From positions 35,865-99,864 of IMG/VR virus record IMGVR_UViG_3300027816_000081: 64,000 bases of DNA. One strand, 5' to 3'. This DNA is from a virus. Of this stretch, positions 8,305 to 18,806 are shown piece after piece (the first letter of the stretch is position 1; each line of letters starts with the position of its first letter). The translations under genes were made by a program, and so were the position numbers. The notes under the pieces are model-generated. The model made no database searches. It was not told the DNA's origin and was given only the letters and a program-made list of their open reading frames with translations.

Positions 8305-10797
8305 TTACTTGACTCCGGCAAGCTTTACCCAGTCATCAACTGAGTCGCTTACTGAACCCTGATGGTCATGCATTCTTTCAGTCTGACCAGCAATAACAGG
8401 AACAGTCGTCTGACCAGTTGACTTAGGCTTGTTGAGTCCACCTGCAATAACCTTGGTCATGAATTCAATGTCTGCTTCAAATGATGCATCAGTACCCTTC
8501 TTACCTGCATTGTTAGCCCACTCAGTAAGTTCTTCTTCTTTCAACTCGTCAGAAGTATCGTACCATGCTTTACCATAATCCGGGCCATCTTCTTCGTCGT
8601 CAAAATCCTTGTCATCTTTCTTGTCATGTTCAGGATGCTTTGGCTTATCGCCTGAACCTTCTGACAATTGATCAAGACGATCTAACAAATCAAAGAACGA
8701 TTCGTTTACGCTCTTAAGAGCAAGAGCCTTATCTTCTTCAGCTTCAGCTTCTTCGTCGGCAGTAGTTTCTGCTGCACCTGAATCGGGTGCGTTATCTTCT
8801 GCAACTTTGAATTCCATTTGATCTTCTGATTCTACTTCATCGACCATTTCTTTTGAACCGCAACTGTGTCCAGCTTCCATCATTCCGCCGCATTCCATGC
8901 AAGCTCCTTCGTTAGCTTCTTCTTTGTCACAATCACAATTGCCTTCTTCGCAGTCGCAACCACCTTCTTCATCAGCGTAGTCTTCTGCACCCGATGCTTC
9001 AACACCGCTTAATTTCTTCATTAGACCAAGCATATCATCTGAGCCATCAACTACATCAATATCTACGCCGCCTGCGCCAACTTCATCCGGAGCTCCATGT
9101 GCTGGCTGAATTGACATTGCACTTGATGGTTCATGTGCAGCTTCATCGCCGAACAAACCAAGACCAGCGTGCTTTACAAGTTGTAGTAGTTGGTCTGCTT
9201 CTGCATCTTGTGCAGTGATAGTTACTGAGTCAGGAGCATTCTGCTGACCCTTAGAAACTGATACTGAAAGACCTTCTGACAAATCTTCGCTTTCGTTAAG
9301 AAGTGCATTAAGCTGCTTGTCAAGTGATTCAAATGCATACTCGTCAATCTTTGCATCATGTGATGTACGATCAGTGTATGTCTTACCACCTACGGTGAAC
9401 TTGCCTCCCTTTGGAGTCTTTGCAAGTGCTGCGGTGAAAGCGTTGCCTTCATCCATTTCGTCTTCTTTATAGAAGCCGCCACCGCGTTGAAGATCCATAT
9501 CTGAATGTGACATTGCAGTAGCCGGGTCTTTCTTATGATAGTCATAAGCACCCTTTGCCATAGCGCCCGCGCCGGCAAGAGCGGCAGCGCCGCCAAGCGC
9601 AAGAGCAGCCTTACCCAGTCTGCCTTCTTCCATTTCATCTTCCATTGCAGGCATTGCAGGCATTGCAGCACTTGCCATTCCAGGAACAGTTGCTGGCATA
9701 GCAGTTTCATAAACGCCCTGACCATAGCATTCGTCAAGACCTTCTTTGTAGCCCTCGTGATATGCCTTCATTTCTTCTAGGTCTTCGTATCTCTTGCCAG
9801 AGTGTGCATGACCTCTTAGACCGTGTGATTTGCCCTCTAAGCGGGCTGCACTAATTCTGTGATTCATAGATTCATCTACCTTTTTCTTTTTCTTGTCGGC
9901 TGCCGCCTTCTTCATTGATTCTTTCTTGTTGCCATCTTTGTCAAGGTCTAAGAAGTCTGGCTTCTTACCTTCTAAAGTTGTTTGACTACGACCAGCACCT
10001 AGATTGGCACCTTGGGTATCAATGCCGTTAGTAGGAGCTATATCGCCTTCTTTTACTTTCTTGGGAAGCTTGCTTACCTTTTGTCCGTGACTTTTCTTGA
10101 TAAACTCTTTTGCAACCTTCTGACTTACACCAGTCTTCTTAGCAACATCTTTGTCATCAGCAGCAGCATACATTAATTTTGCTTGTTGCTGACTTGCAAA
10201 CTTTTCGTCAAGCTGTTCTTCTTGAACCTTACCCCAATCACTCTTAGCACGAATAGCAAACGCAAGTTCTCTCATCTTACCGAACTCTGGCGAACCCTTC
10301 TTGTGTGGGCCACTTGCCTTTAGTTTGTTATAAGCTTTAGTAAGTTCTGCCTTGTCTTTTCCAGCATACTTACCCTTCTCACTTGGAGCTACTTTAGTTT
10401 CAGCATCCCACTTTTCTTTCATTTGCATTTGACCAGCTGGTTGCTGACCAGTTGCACCTGCAGGTGCCGGCTGACCTGTTTGACCAGCAGTTGGAACAAC
10501 GATTTGCAATTTCTTCTGCTGAGCAAGATCACCTACTGCTTTGCTTAAAGCTTGTGCAGCAGGACTTGTATCGGTTACATTGATAAATCCTGCGCCAGTT
10601 TGTTGGGTGCCGCCTTCTTTTCCTACTACAGGAACAGGCTGTTTTGTTGCCATTGTCTCAAAAATGTCTTTAAGACGAGTTGGCTTAGTTTCAGCGTTTA
10701 TGGGTGGCTTAGTTGAATCTTCACTCAACATTTTTTTCTTAGTAACCTTAGGAGCAGTAGCTTCTAATTCAGTTAATTTACCTAGAATGTCTTTCAT
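8305..10797 (-). CDS. Acidic low-complexity putative internal head/scaffold protein with many prohead-protease-like sites
   Basis: 830 aa; recurring hydrophobic-X-E motifs; EF-hand-like DFLDLDKDGNKKE; Cys clusters; late operon. Confidence 0.6.
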   Translation of the reverse strand: MKDILGKLTELEATAPKVTKKKMLSEDSTKPPINAETKPTRLKDIFETMATKQPVPVVGKEGGTQQTGAGFINVTDTSPAAQALSKAVGDLAQQKKLQIVVPTAGQTGQPAPAGATGQQPAGQMQMKEKWDAETKVAPSEKGKYAGKDKAELTKAYNKLKASGPHKKGSPEFGKMRELAFAIRAKSDWGKVQEEQLDEKFASQQQAKLMYAAADDKDVAKKTGVSQKVAKEFIKKSHGQKVSKLPKKVKEGDIAPTNGIDTQGANLGAGRSQTTLEGKKPDFLDLDKDGNKKESMKKAAADKKKKKVDESMNHRISAARLEGKSHGLRGHAHSGKRYEDLEEMKAYHEGYKEGLDECYGQGVYETAMPATVPGMASAAMPAMPAMEDEMEEGRLGKAALALGGAAALAGAGAMAKGAYDYHKKDPATAMSHSDMDLQRGGGFYKEDEMDEGNAFTAALAKTPKGGKFTVGGKTYTDRTSHDAKIDEYAFESLDKQLNALLNESEDLSEGLSVSVSKGQQNAPDSVTITAQDAEADQLLQLVKHAGLGLFGDEAAHEPSSAMSIQPAHGAPDEVGAGGVDIDVVDGSDDMLGLMKKLSGVEASGAEDYADEEGGCDCEEGNCDCDKEEANEGACMECGGMMEAGHSCGSKEMVDEVESEDQMEFKVAEDNAPDSGAAETTADEEAEAEEDKALALKSVNESFFDLLDRLDQLSEGSGDKPKHPEHDKKDDKDFDDEEDGPDYGKAWYDTSDELKEEELTEWANNAGKKGTDASFEADIEFMTKVIAGGLNKPKSTGQTTVPVIAGQTERMHDHQGSVSDSVDDWVKLAGVK

Positions 10798-11426
10798 TAT
10801 CTGCCTCCCATTGCGCCTGTGCGAGGCTTTTCTGGTCTCGTGATCTTAGTCATTGGACTTTCTTTGCCCATTGTTGCCATTAGTGTTTCTGGCTTGAAAG
10901 GATCAAATGCATCAGGAGTCTTCTTGCCCTCATAAGGAATGTCAATCTTGTCATCCTTAGTTTGTTCTTTGATGCTGTCAAGATAGCTGTTACCATATGC
11001 TTTTGCAGCTTCTTTAGCACCGGGCTGTTCTTCAAGTTCTTCATGAGTTAGAACAGGGCTGTGATCCATTTGATTTTCATAGCCTTCCATTTCGGAAGTG
11101 ACGCTCTCATCATAGCCGGTTTTTACAAGACGAACCATGTTTACATTGTAGCCAAGCAATTGAGCAATCTGTTGGATCATAGGTTCTGTAGCAGGATATC
11201 TGAATTTTGCTCTGATTAAAGTTACTGGCTCGTTTGACACATCATTGAATCCATATGGACTCTTTTGAATAGGGGTAGTCTTTGGTTCTGACATTTCAAT
11301 TGGGTCAAACTTTTTAAGATTATACTTGAACATGTCAAGCCAGTTCTTATCAACCTGTCCCGCAATTTTGACAGTATAATCGTAAGTGTGAACACTTTCC
11401 ATGATATATTGTTTTAAGCTACGCAT
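10797..11426 (-). CDS. Hypothetical, likely internal head protein
   Basis: N-terminus MRSLKQYIMES resembles T4 capsid-targeting propeptides; late promoter and SD upstream. Confidence 0.55.
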   Translation of the reverse strand: MRSLKQYIMESVHTYDYTVKIAGQVDKNWLDMFKYNLKKFDPIEMSEPKTTPIQKSPYGFNDVSNEPVTLIRAKFRYPATEPMIQQIAQLLGYNVNMVRLVKTGYDESVTSEMEGYENQMDHSPVLTHEELEEQPGAKEAAKAYGNSYLDSIKEQTKDDKIDIPYEGKKTPDAFDPFKPETLMATMGKESPMTKITRPEKPRTGAMGGR

Positions 11427-11458
11427 ATGGATCCTTGCAATATTATATTATGTATTTA

Positions 11459-11938
11459 TCACTGTTCATTATTTTTGTTGGCGAGCATCTTAAGCAACTC
11501 GTTTCTATCAAATGCTTGCCCTTCGCCTAATGGAGTATTTTCTACTTCTTCATTTTTTGCTGCATTCTTAGCGTCAAGCTGTGCTTTCTTCATCTGTAAA
11601 TCAAGCATTTTAAGCTTTTTGTTGATCTTGGCTGTCTTAGCAGTGATAGCGTGACCAAGCATACTACTTGCACTGTTAAAGATTTCTGAACTAAAACGTG
11701 ATTCAACCTGCATACCCAAGTCCATAAGGTCTTTGTAACTTGCAGTGGCCATTGCGGCTAGATCATCCATTTCATTGTCAGCAGCTTCTAATCCTTTAAC
11801 TTGAGGCAATGCTGCCTCAATCTTATCTAACGTGCTTAGTGCATTTTCTGTCACTTCTTCAGTGACTTCAGGTAGAGGAATAGTGAGGTCATTGTCCCCA
11901 GATGATAGTTCAAATAATTCTTCAAGCTTTTTGGTCAT
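11459..11938 (-). CDS. Terminase small subunit-like protein (gp16-like)
   Basis: 159 aa helical/coiled-coil protein ending DRNELLKML; late promoter; next to gp4-like gene. Confidence 0.55.
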   Translation of the reverse strand: MTKKLEELFELSSGDNDLTIPLPEVTEEVTENALSTLDKIEAALPQVKGLEAADNEMDDLAAMATASYKDLMDLGMQVESRFSSEIFNSASSMLGHAITAKTAKINKKLKMLDLQMKKAQLDAKNAAKNEEVENTPLGEGQAFDRNELLKMLANKNNEQ

Positions 11939-11949
11939 AAAGTATTTAT

Positions 11950-12384
11950 TTACTTAGAGCCATTCCTGAATATATCATCTTCGGTGATGACTCTAAAAGT
12001 TAATCCCTGCTGTTTACAATATGCAGCGGCTGCGCTCCATTTAGCATGATTGATCGCAACGATTGCTCTATCTTTCGCACTAGCAACTTTACTTTCAATT
12101 ACGCTCTGCTTTTTGGGCTTAATCTCAACTACCTCAGCCACTTTCTTGCCAAACTTGTTTTCATATACTACAAAAAAGTCCGGAACATAGATAGTGGGTT
12201 TACCGGTTAATGGATGCTTGTATGGGATACGCATAGCTTCGCTTGCCCAGTATATAATGTTTTTGTTGGTATCACAAAAAGTCATGAACGTGAGTTCCCA
12301 ACCAGAACGATATTTAGGCTTGTGTTTGCCTATGTACTTTTCTGGGTTTTTAGGTGTGTATATACCTTGCGCCCAATTACCCAT
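11950..12384 (-). CDS. gp4: Head completion nuclease (T4 gp4-like, TnsA-like fold)
   Basis: G.Y.PKNPEKY.G...YRSGWE..FM..CD, WASE...IPY, Y.PDF, EIKP.KQ, N.AKW.AA, FRVITE. Confidence 0.9.
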   Translation of the reverse strand: MGNWAQGIYTPKNPEKYIGKHKPKYRSGWELTFMTFCDTNKNIIYWASEAMRIPYKHPLTGKPTIYVPDFFVVYENKFGKKVAEVVEIKPKKQSVIESKVASAKDRAIVAINHAKWSAAAAYCKQQGLTFRVITEDDIFRNGSK

Positions 12385-12385
12385 G

Positions 12386-12742
12386 TTATTGTACTACGTT
12401 GCGCTGTACTGCTTCGTTCGGCTTAGGAATAATGCCCACTCCATATAGTGAAGCTTTGGGCCTAAATGTATTCAAGTAATAGCATATTACTTGATTAGTT
12501 TGCAGTTTAGTAGTCGTACCCTTGATAGTGGCTAATAGGTCCAGTACATTGAAGTTTCCTTCTTGTGCTATTCTAAACAAGAGTGATGCAAAGTTTCTAG
12601 CGATACCCTGATTCTTTGATGTTCCTAAAAAATAGGAATAGACTACATCCCAGTCTGCTGCGTTTACACGTAGCTTAGTGGTGTAGAAATTGTCAAAAAG
12701 TCTGACAGTTTGATCTAGATTTGTTACTGAGTATATAGCCAT
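12386..12742 (-). CDS. Hypothetical late protein
   Basis: 118-aa ORF; TAAATA 5 nt before ATG. Confidence 0.65.
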   Translation of the reverse strand: MAIYSVTNLDQTVRLFDNFYTTKLRVNAADWDVVYSYFLGTSKNQGIARNFASLLFRIAQEGNFNVLDLLATIKGTTTKLQTNQVICYYLNTFRPKASLYGVGIIPKPNEAVQRNVVQ

Positions 12743-12750
12743 AGTAGTAT

Positions 12751-14019
12751 TTATGTGTTTGTTATAGGTCCGGTACCAAAGATAGGTTCAGTGGGGAAAC
12801 CTGCTACGTCACTAAAGTCTTCTCCGTTATATTGTTCGCCCGCTAACGGTTCATTAGTGATTGGCGCCGGGCTTCTTTTTGCACCAATTGTGGGGAAGCC
12901 GGCTAGTCCTACCACACCAGGTGTTTGATTTGCGCCTGGAACTGAAAAAGGTGCATTTCTGTTCTTAGGAGTATTAGTAAGTGATGTTAGGAACGAATTG
13001 GTTAATTCTATCGCAGCAGTTTCTTTTAAGTTTGGATTTTTAAGCCCATTGTATACTGCATTTGCATTTAAAACGGCGCCGGCAGCATTTCCATCCTTCA
13101 ATGATTGGATAAACCCACCTGCTGCATCTATCAACCCACCCTGTCCCAGTACAGTACCATTTGCGCCCGGGGACATGATCGGACTTGGTGTTCTATCGTA
13201 ATTTTGTTCGCTACCAAATCCAGTAACAATACTTGCAGGATCTCTGCCGTCTAAGCTTCCATAATTATATACAACGGTTTCGTAGTCTATGGTCATCTTG
13301 TTTTCCATAACTCCATTACCAGTATCATAATTATATGTGTCGTGTGAGAAGTTAGTAATTACTGGATTTACCAAGGTGTATGCTGTGAAATTGTGTTGAT
13401 GAAGACCAAACACTGTTATGTTTCTAAAGAACGGAACCTTAACTCCGCTGTCAGCAAAATTAGCATTGTTACCACCACTGAATCCCCAATCGTAGTTTTT
13501 ATTTTCAGCTTTTTCGTAAATGTCTCTATAATTATAGTTTTCTATAGATTCAGTAATCTCACCGTCGAAGAACTGAGTTCTTTCTATAGGAGAGCCTCTT
13601 TCGGCTGGCAAAACTGCGCCGGGCTTTGAACCATCATTATAGTAGTAGCGATAATACGCTTCCCACATCTTTGTAACATTATTTCCGTTGTCATCGTGAA
13701 ATGTGATATCAATTGGCTCATATCTGATTTTTGTTTGAACAATACGTTTTCTATTGTATTGATTCATTTGTGCTGTCTGCAATGAATATGACGGGAGGCG
13801 CACTTCTTTTACTAATATTCCGAAATTAGTTGCCTGCGGATATGCTTCTGGATTAATATCAAAATAAGTATGAAATAAAAATTTAAACTTAGGCGAATTC
13901 TCATAAGAATTCGGTCTAAAAGTTTTTGAAGCGTGCGTGTAATCTCTAAGGTATTCGCTGCCGAAGAATTCTCCGGCAGCGGACCTAAGTAAACTTTCGC
14001 CCCAGTTACCTAGTGACAT
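12751..14019 (-). CDS. Tail-tube-like baseplate protein (gp54/gp48-like tube initiator)
   Basis: VKEVRLPSY...NQYNRKR...KIRYEPIDITFHDD tube-fold motif; directly downstream of tail tube. Confidence 0.7.
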   Translation of the reverse strand: MSLGNWGESLLRSAAGEFFGSEYLRDYTHASKTFRPNSYENSPKFKFLFHTYFDINPEAYPQATNFGILVKEVRLPSYSLQTAQMNQYNRKRIVQTKIRYEPIDITFHDDNGNNVTKMWEAYYRYYYNDGSKPGAVLPAERGSPIERTQFFDGEITESIENYNYRDIYEKAENKNYDWGFSGGNNANFADSGVKVPFFRNITVFGLHQHNFTAYTLVNPVITNFSHDTYNYDTGNGVMENKMTIDYETVVYNYGSLDGRDPASIVTGFGSEQNYDRTPSPIMSPGANGTVLGQGGLIDAAGGFIQSLKDGNAAGAVLNANAVYNGLKNPNLKETAAIELTNSFLTSLTNTPKNRNAPFSVPGANQTPGVVGLAGFPTIGAKRSPAPITNEPLAGEQYNGEDFSDVAGFPTEPIFGTGPITNT

Positions 14020-14034
14020 AAAGTGTCCTAACTA

Positions 14035-14679
14035 TTAAGTAGTGCCACCGATACCTGTTGCGATACCAGTAGAACCGTTGAATGCACGACCAACTAGCTG
14101 ACCTACTCCGCTTGTTAGAGGTGCTTGAATTGCATTATCATAACGAATTTGTAATGCGATTGATACTGCTTCACTAGTTGCATAGTTTAGATTCTGATAG
14201 TTTGCCTGCTGAACGAAGCAACCATATAGTTCCCAAGTTTCAAGCACAGTAGGAGCAAGAGCGCCGTTACCACCGTCTAGAATCTCAATATTGGTTTGGA
14301 ACTTATAGTCTTGACCAGTAGCAGCAGATGCTTGCTCAACGAAATCCATCTGCTTCTGCAATTGCTGACCAATTGCTTTTGAAACTGACCCGGAAGCATC
14401 ATCACGGATGTTTACTGTTAGTGGGTTCCACGTGTGCTTACCTGCAAGATACATTCTTGAGTTGTAAACGTTTAGCGTTACTTCATCAAACTGTACCTGT
14501 GGTCTTGAGCAGTCCATAACCTGCTTAGTAAGCTGTAGTCCACCGTTAGCATCAACCCCAAAGTTCAAGAAGTTGACTCTAAAGCGGAACTGTAGTTTAG
14601 GCATCAACAGACCTTGGTTGCCGCCTGCGTTATCAGATGCTACGGTCATGTTGAACAATGATTGTGAGGCTGTTGCCAT
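14035..14679 (-). CDS. gp19: Tail tube protein (gp19-like)
   Basis: PKLQFRFRV, YLAGKHTWNPLTVNIRDD, ETWELYGCF, IRYDNA; follows sheath. Confidence 0.88.
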   Translation of the reverse strand: MATASQSLFNMTVASDNAGGNQGLLMPKLQFRFRVNFLNFGVDANGGLQLTKQVMDCSRPQVQFDEVTLNVYNSRMYLAGKHTWNPLTVNIRDDASGSVSKAIGQQLQKQMDFVEQASAATGQDYKFQTNIEILDGGNGALAPTVLETWELYGCFVQQANYQNLNYATSEAVSIALQIRYDNAIQAPLTSGVGQLVGRAFNGSTGIATGIGGTT

Positions 14680-14714
14680 TTGTATTCTCCTGTTATAAGT
14701 ATTTATCTTTTGTT

Positions 14715-14738
14715 AGTGGGGGCTAGGAAGCCCCCACT
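14715..14738. terminator. Strong hairpin between sheath and tube genes (terminator or 3' stabiliser)
   Basis: AGTGGGGGCT/AGCCCCCACT 10-bp stem; no clear U-tract on the minus strand. Confidence 0.55.
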
Positions 14739-14744
14739 GCATTA

Positions 14745-17700
14745 TTAGCCTGAAATCTCACCAGTGTTGAATACACGAACCGGAATGTAGATGAATTCAA
14801 TTGCCTTAACAGGCTCAATTGCTACGTCTACCCAAAGCTCGTTTCTGTCAATACGGGCTGGTGTGTTGTTTGACTCGTCGCAGACTACGAGATAGTCATA
14901 AATACCTCTCTTAGCTACAAGGTCAACCATCAATGTCTCAATGACACCTGAGATTTCTTGTCTTGTCAATGCATCATTTGGTTCGAAGACGAACGGTCTT
15001 GCTGCAATTGTCAATTGGCGACGAATATAAGCGATAAGTCTTGCAACGTTAATTCTGTCAAGTGCTGACTGTGAATTGAAGCTTGACTTGTTACCATAGT
15101 TCAATAGTCCGTTTCCAGTGAAGAAGACAAGTGGGTTAATCTGATTCGTGTACAATACGTCACGAATTCCGATTCTTGTCTTAATGACTTGGAATTCACC
15201 GGTTGCTGCGTCAATGTATCCGATGCTTGTAGCATTGTCAATGACACCGCGGCGAGTACCAGCTGGTGCGAACCAAGGATACGCAATATTGTCGTTACGT
15301 AGCATAGTTCTGATCATCATGTGTGATGGGGGAACTGCTACAAGATTACCTGACAAGTCTGGGGCGATTCCTGATGGATAGAATAGACCCATATAAGTGT
15401 CACGAGTTACAAGACCATCTTCACCGGTTGAAGTTGCACCAGCGGCATTAGTTGCCCAAGCCTGAATGTCAGTAGCACTATCTGCTAGTCTCATTGGTGT
15501 ATCACCAATGATGAATCCAGTCTGTCCTCTATCGTTGTTGAGTACAACCATGTTAGGCTGTAGTTCAGGATAGTTAGGAGTTGCGAGCATGTTGAATGCG
15601 TTATCTTCGTCACGAATTGCAGTATTGGTGTCGATAGCTGCACGCATTGCCTGAACAACCATCGCTCTCTGAGCCTTGCGACCCATATAAGGTGCACCAT
15701 TTGACTGTAGCCCGCTTACTGATACCCATGCATCCTTTTCAGTTGGAAGCACTTCATCTGGGAATCTGTCAGCATTAAAGTAATTAGTGCGATACTGCTT
15801 AACATTGTAGCCAGAACGACGAGTATTAAACAATAGCATACCTACTGGATATAGATTAGCATTAGGTGCATCAACATCTAGGTAATTGCTTGTTAGTAAG
15901 CTTACGATTGATGGAATAGGATCATTTGCAGGATTTGTTGTGCCGTTAGTTGCCCAACGTGCATCTGCAAAGACGATACCTGATGAACTAGTTTGGTCGC
16001 TATTATCAATGCGAACCCACTTGTCAGTGCCGTCTACTGATTGCCAACGATTGATGATTGGATAGTTTTCAAGATCACTTACGTCAATCCAAATATCACC
16101 GTATACAAGAGCAGTACCGTCTGACTGTAGTGTTGGCTCACTTGCACTTACGAGTGGACCGTTAGGATCAGTTGCATTGACACCTGATGGTAGTGGGAAA
16201 CCATTGCTATCGTAATCAGCATTGCGATATCCTCTCCAACCTGCAGTTGTTTTAACCATGATATCAACTTCATCTACTACTGAGTAGAACCAGTTGGTTA
16301 AATTATCAGGTGATGAAACTGGTGCACCTTCATTAGCAGTCATGTCAAACTCTACCCAGTTTGAAAGCTGAGTCTGATACATAGGAGCAGCAGTCCCACT
16401 TACTACAGTAACTCCGGTCACTACGCCGGTGTTTACAGAAACTACTTTAACTACCAAATCGTTAGCAGGAGTAGCCCCTCCCAACTGAGTACCGCTGATT
16501 GTTACTGTATCTCCGACTACGTAGCCTGAACCACCATTCGGGAAAGTATTTGGGTTAACATAGTATTTTTGATACCCTACCTGTACATTCAATGACAAAC
16601 TGCTACCCACACCGCTAGTTGAAGTTTGGGTTGGCTGGAAGCTAGTAGTAAAGCTAGGACCTTCTTTGACACCGACTGTTGATCCGATTACAAATCCTGC
16701 ATCTTCAATCAAACCTGAACTTACACCAGTAGAATCATCAAAATCACTTAAAATAATTACACCGCCAGTAGTGTGAGTTAGCTGGATAGCATCCGCATCT
16801 GTTAGAGTCGCTGTGGTGTAAGGAATAGCAGAAGCGTTCCATGCATTGACAAAATCTGTTGCGTCGGTATTATCTCCCAAAGCCATGGTGTAGACTCCGT
16901 AGCTGGCGCTTCCGGGAATAGAAACTAAAACTCTTAAAGTGTACGAGCCATTAGTGAATGATGGGTTAGATACACTACCGGTGATAATAGTAGGTCCGGT
17001 TGCAATTCTTTCCCAGTAATATAGGGGAGGATCGTTATCAATAGCAACAGGATCAAGATTGTATGCATATTGTGTATAAACTGTTCCGGCTGGAATGTTT
17101 TGACCGCCGGTTGAGTCTAATGCACTAATTGCAGCTACGTCAGAGGTAGCATATGATACTGTCTTAGGAACCCAGTTAAGTGTTACCGCATCCCATTCTG
17201 AAACAACAGTGTTTAAACCTGATCCTGCTGAACCAACCTTAATCCATACTGAACCGGTTGGTCTAGGATATGTCTGTCCAGTTTGCCATAATGGCTGGAA
17301 TGCAGAAGTACCATATGAGAAACCGGGCTGTGAATACACACCTGAGGAAATTCCCAAATCAGCTAAAATAGTGCCGGTTCCTGAAATTCCTAATCTATAA
17401 GGTACGTTATTACTTAGTGTTGAAGCATTTTGTGTAGAGAACAGTTGAAGCTTTCCACCAACAACCGCGGCTGAAAGATAATCATAGTTCAATGCATTGA
17501 TCTGAGATACCAAATTAGCTACAGTATTATCTGGGCCTGCAGGAACAGTGATGGTTGGTCCTACTGCATTGTTAATAAGGATAGTTAACGTATTACCGGC
17601 TGTCAATGTAGAAGGAGCGTTAGTTCCTTGTACAGTTGGCCATGAAGCTAACCATGCTTGAGATCCGATTGATACCCAATTGTTTGCAGTGTTCTTGTAG

Positions 17701-18314
17701 AAGAATTGAACTGCACTTGCAGCAGTTGGGAAATCGTAAGTTGGAATTGCATTAACTGCATAGTCACCGGGGATACCCAAGCTCTGAACTGGATAACCGC
17801 CACTTAAGAACGTTGGATCAGTAATTACAATAGGAGTCTTCAAGTTAAACTGACCAGTTACTGAGTCAAACTCATTGATTCCCCAAGTTGAAGTTGTTGT
17901 ATCAAGCCAGTAAGCTCCGGCTGCTGGATTTCCAGTTGGTCTTGATGTTTGACCAACTAGACTTGCAAGATCAATGTCGGCTCTCAAGCAGAATACTCTG
18001 TTGGTGATTCCCAATGCAGAATATGCAGCTAGCAAACCATACTCGTTCAATTCATATCCCTGAATTGGAGTACCATTTGATGTAGAATAGAAGAACGGGT
18101 TACCGTATAGAGTAACAAGGTCACGCTGACTGGTTACTTGGAATAGCTTGCCTGCATTAGCGGCAGTTGTACCCTGAGCAATACCTGTACCAGTTGGGTT
18201 AGCTTTATTCTCTGCGGTTGCTAGAAGAATAAAGGGAATAGAGTTTGTCGGTGCTGGAAGGTATTGAGATTCGTCAATTACTGTAACTTCTACACCTGGA
18301 GATGCTAGTGCCAT
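14745..18314 (-). CDS. gp18: Contractile tail sheath protein (gp18-like) with large insertions
   Basis: MALASPGVEV..IDES start; PWFAPAG.RRG, LY...INP, SALDRINVARL, FEPND..TR, VVCDESNNTP..IDRNEL, EFIYIP. Confidence 0.95.
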   Translation of the reverse strand: MALASPGVEVTVIDESQYLPAPTNSIPFILLATAENKANPTGTGIAQGTTAANAGKLFQVTSQRDLVTLYGNPFFYSTSNGTPIQGYELNEYGLLAAYSALGITNRVFCLRADIDLASLVGQTSRPTGNPAAGAYWLDTTTSTWGINEFDSVTGQFNLKTPIVITDPTFLSGGYPVQSLGIPGDYAVNAIPTYDFPTAASAVQFFYKNTANNWVSIGSQAWLASWPTVQGTNAPSTLTAGNTLTILINNAVGPTITVPAGPDNTVANLVSQINALNYDYLSAAVVGGKLQLFSTQNASTLSNNVPYRLGISGTGTILADLGISSGVYSQPGFSYGTSAFQPLWQTGQTYPRPTGSVWIKVGSAGSGLNTVVSEWDAVTLNWVPKTVSYATSDVAAISALDSTGGQNIPAGTVYTQYAYNLDPVAIDNDPPLYYWERIATGPTIITGSVSNPSFTNGSYTLRVLVSIPGSASYGVYTMALGDNTDATDFVNAWNASAIPYTTATLTDADAIQLTHTTGGVIILSDFDDSTGVSSGLIEDAGFVIGSTVGVKEGPSFTTSFQPTQTSTSGVGSSLSLNVQVGYQKYYVNPNTFPNGGSGYVVGDTVTISGTQLGGATPANDLVVKVVSVNTGVVTGVTVVSGTAAPMYQTQLSNWVEFDMTANEGAPVSSPDNLTNWFYSVVDEVDIMVKTTAGWRGYRNADYDSNGFPLPSGVNATDPNGPLVSASEPTLQSDGTALVYGDIWIDVSDLENYPIINRWQSVDGTDKWVRIDNSDQTSSSGIVFADARWATNGTTNPANDPIPSIVSLLTSNYLDVDAPNANLYPVGMLLFNTRRSGYNVKQYRTNYFNADRFPDEVLPTEKDAWVSVSGLQSNGAPYMGRKAQRAMVVQAMRAAIDTNTAIRDEDNAFNMLATPNYPELQPNMVVLNNDRGQTGFIIGDTPMRLADSATDIQAWATNAAGATSTGEDGLVTRDTYMGLFYPSGIAPDLSGNLVAVPPSHMMIRTMLRNDNIAYPWFAPAGTRRGVIDNATSIGYIDAATGEFQVIKTRIGIRDVLYTNQINPLVFFTGNGLLNYGNKSSFNSQSALDRINVARLIAYIRRQLTIAARPFVFEPNDALTRQEISGVIETLMVDLVAKRGIYDYLVVCDESNNTPARIDRNELWVDVAIEPVKAIEFIYIPVRVFNTGEISG

Positions 18315-18455
18315 ATTATTTTTCCTTTTGTATGATTATGAGGTTTACCACCTACCTTGATATATACATATCAAGATTCTAATGAGTATTTAGTTTATAA
18401 ATCAAAAAACTTGGTTTAACCGAACCTTTAAAGGTATAAATGCATAAATAATATT

Positions 18456-18806
18456 ATGCTTAAGCGACCTATCTGTAGTAGTTGTAATAAGAATTACAGA
18501 GCAATCAATTATATCCGTAACGGAAAAACTTACTATCGCAGCATATGTGATAGCTGTGGTAAGAAGAAGGCTAAGAAAAAGCCACTAAGACCAAACTGGG
18601 AGAAGGCTGGATATAAAAAAAAGCCGCACTGTGATTTGTGCGGCTTCAAGAGTTTGTATCCTAGTCAAATGACCGTCTTTCATATTGACGGCGATCTTAA
18701 CAATGTTGCTTTCAATAATCTGAGGACTATCTGCCTTAACTGCGTTGAAGTAGTCAAGAAGAAAGAAGTCACTTGGAAGAGGGGCGACTTAACGGTTGAT
18801 TATTGA
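18456..18806 (+). CDS. Zinc-binding HNH-like protein
   Basis: CxxC pairs; HIDGDLNN...NLRTICLNC; late promoter. Confidence 0.75.
   Translation: MLKRPICSSCNKNYRAINYIRNGKTYYRSICDSCGKKKAKKKPLRPNWEKAGYKKKPHCDLCGFKSLYPSQMTVFHIDGDLNNVAFNNLRTICLNCVEVVKKKEVTWKRGDLTVDY

Noticed and set aside
18393-18440. Short palindromes (tttataaa, acctttaaaggt) between divergent late promoters as an origin or operator
   Set aside because: Short AT-rich palindromes are expected by chance; no iterated copies elsewhere
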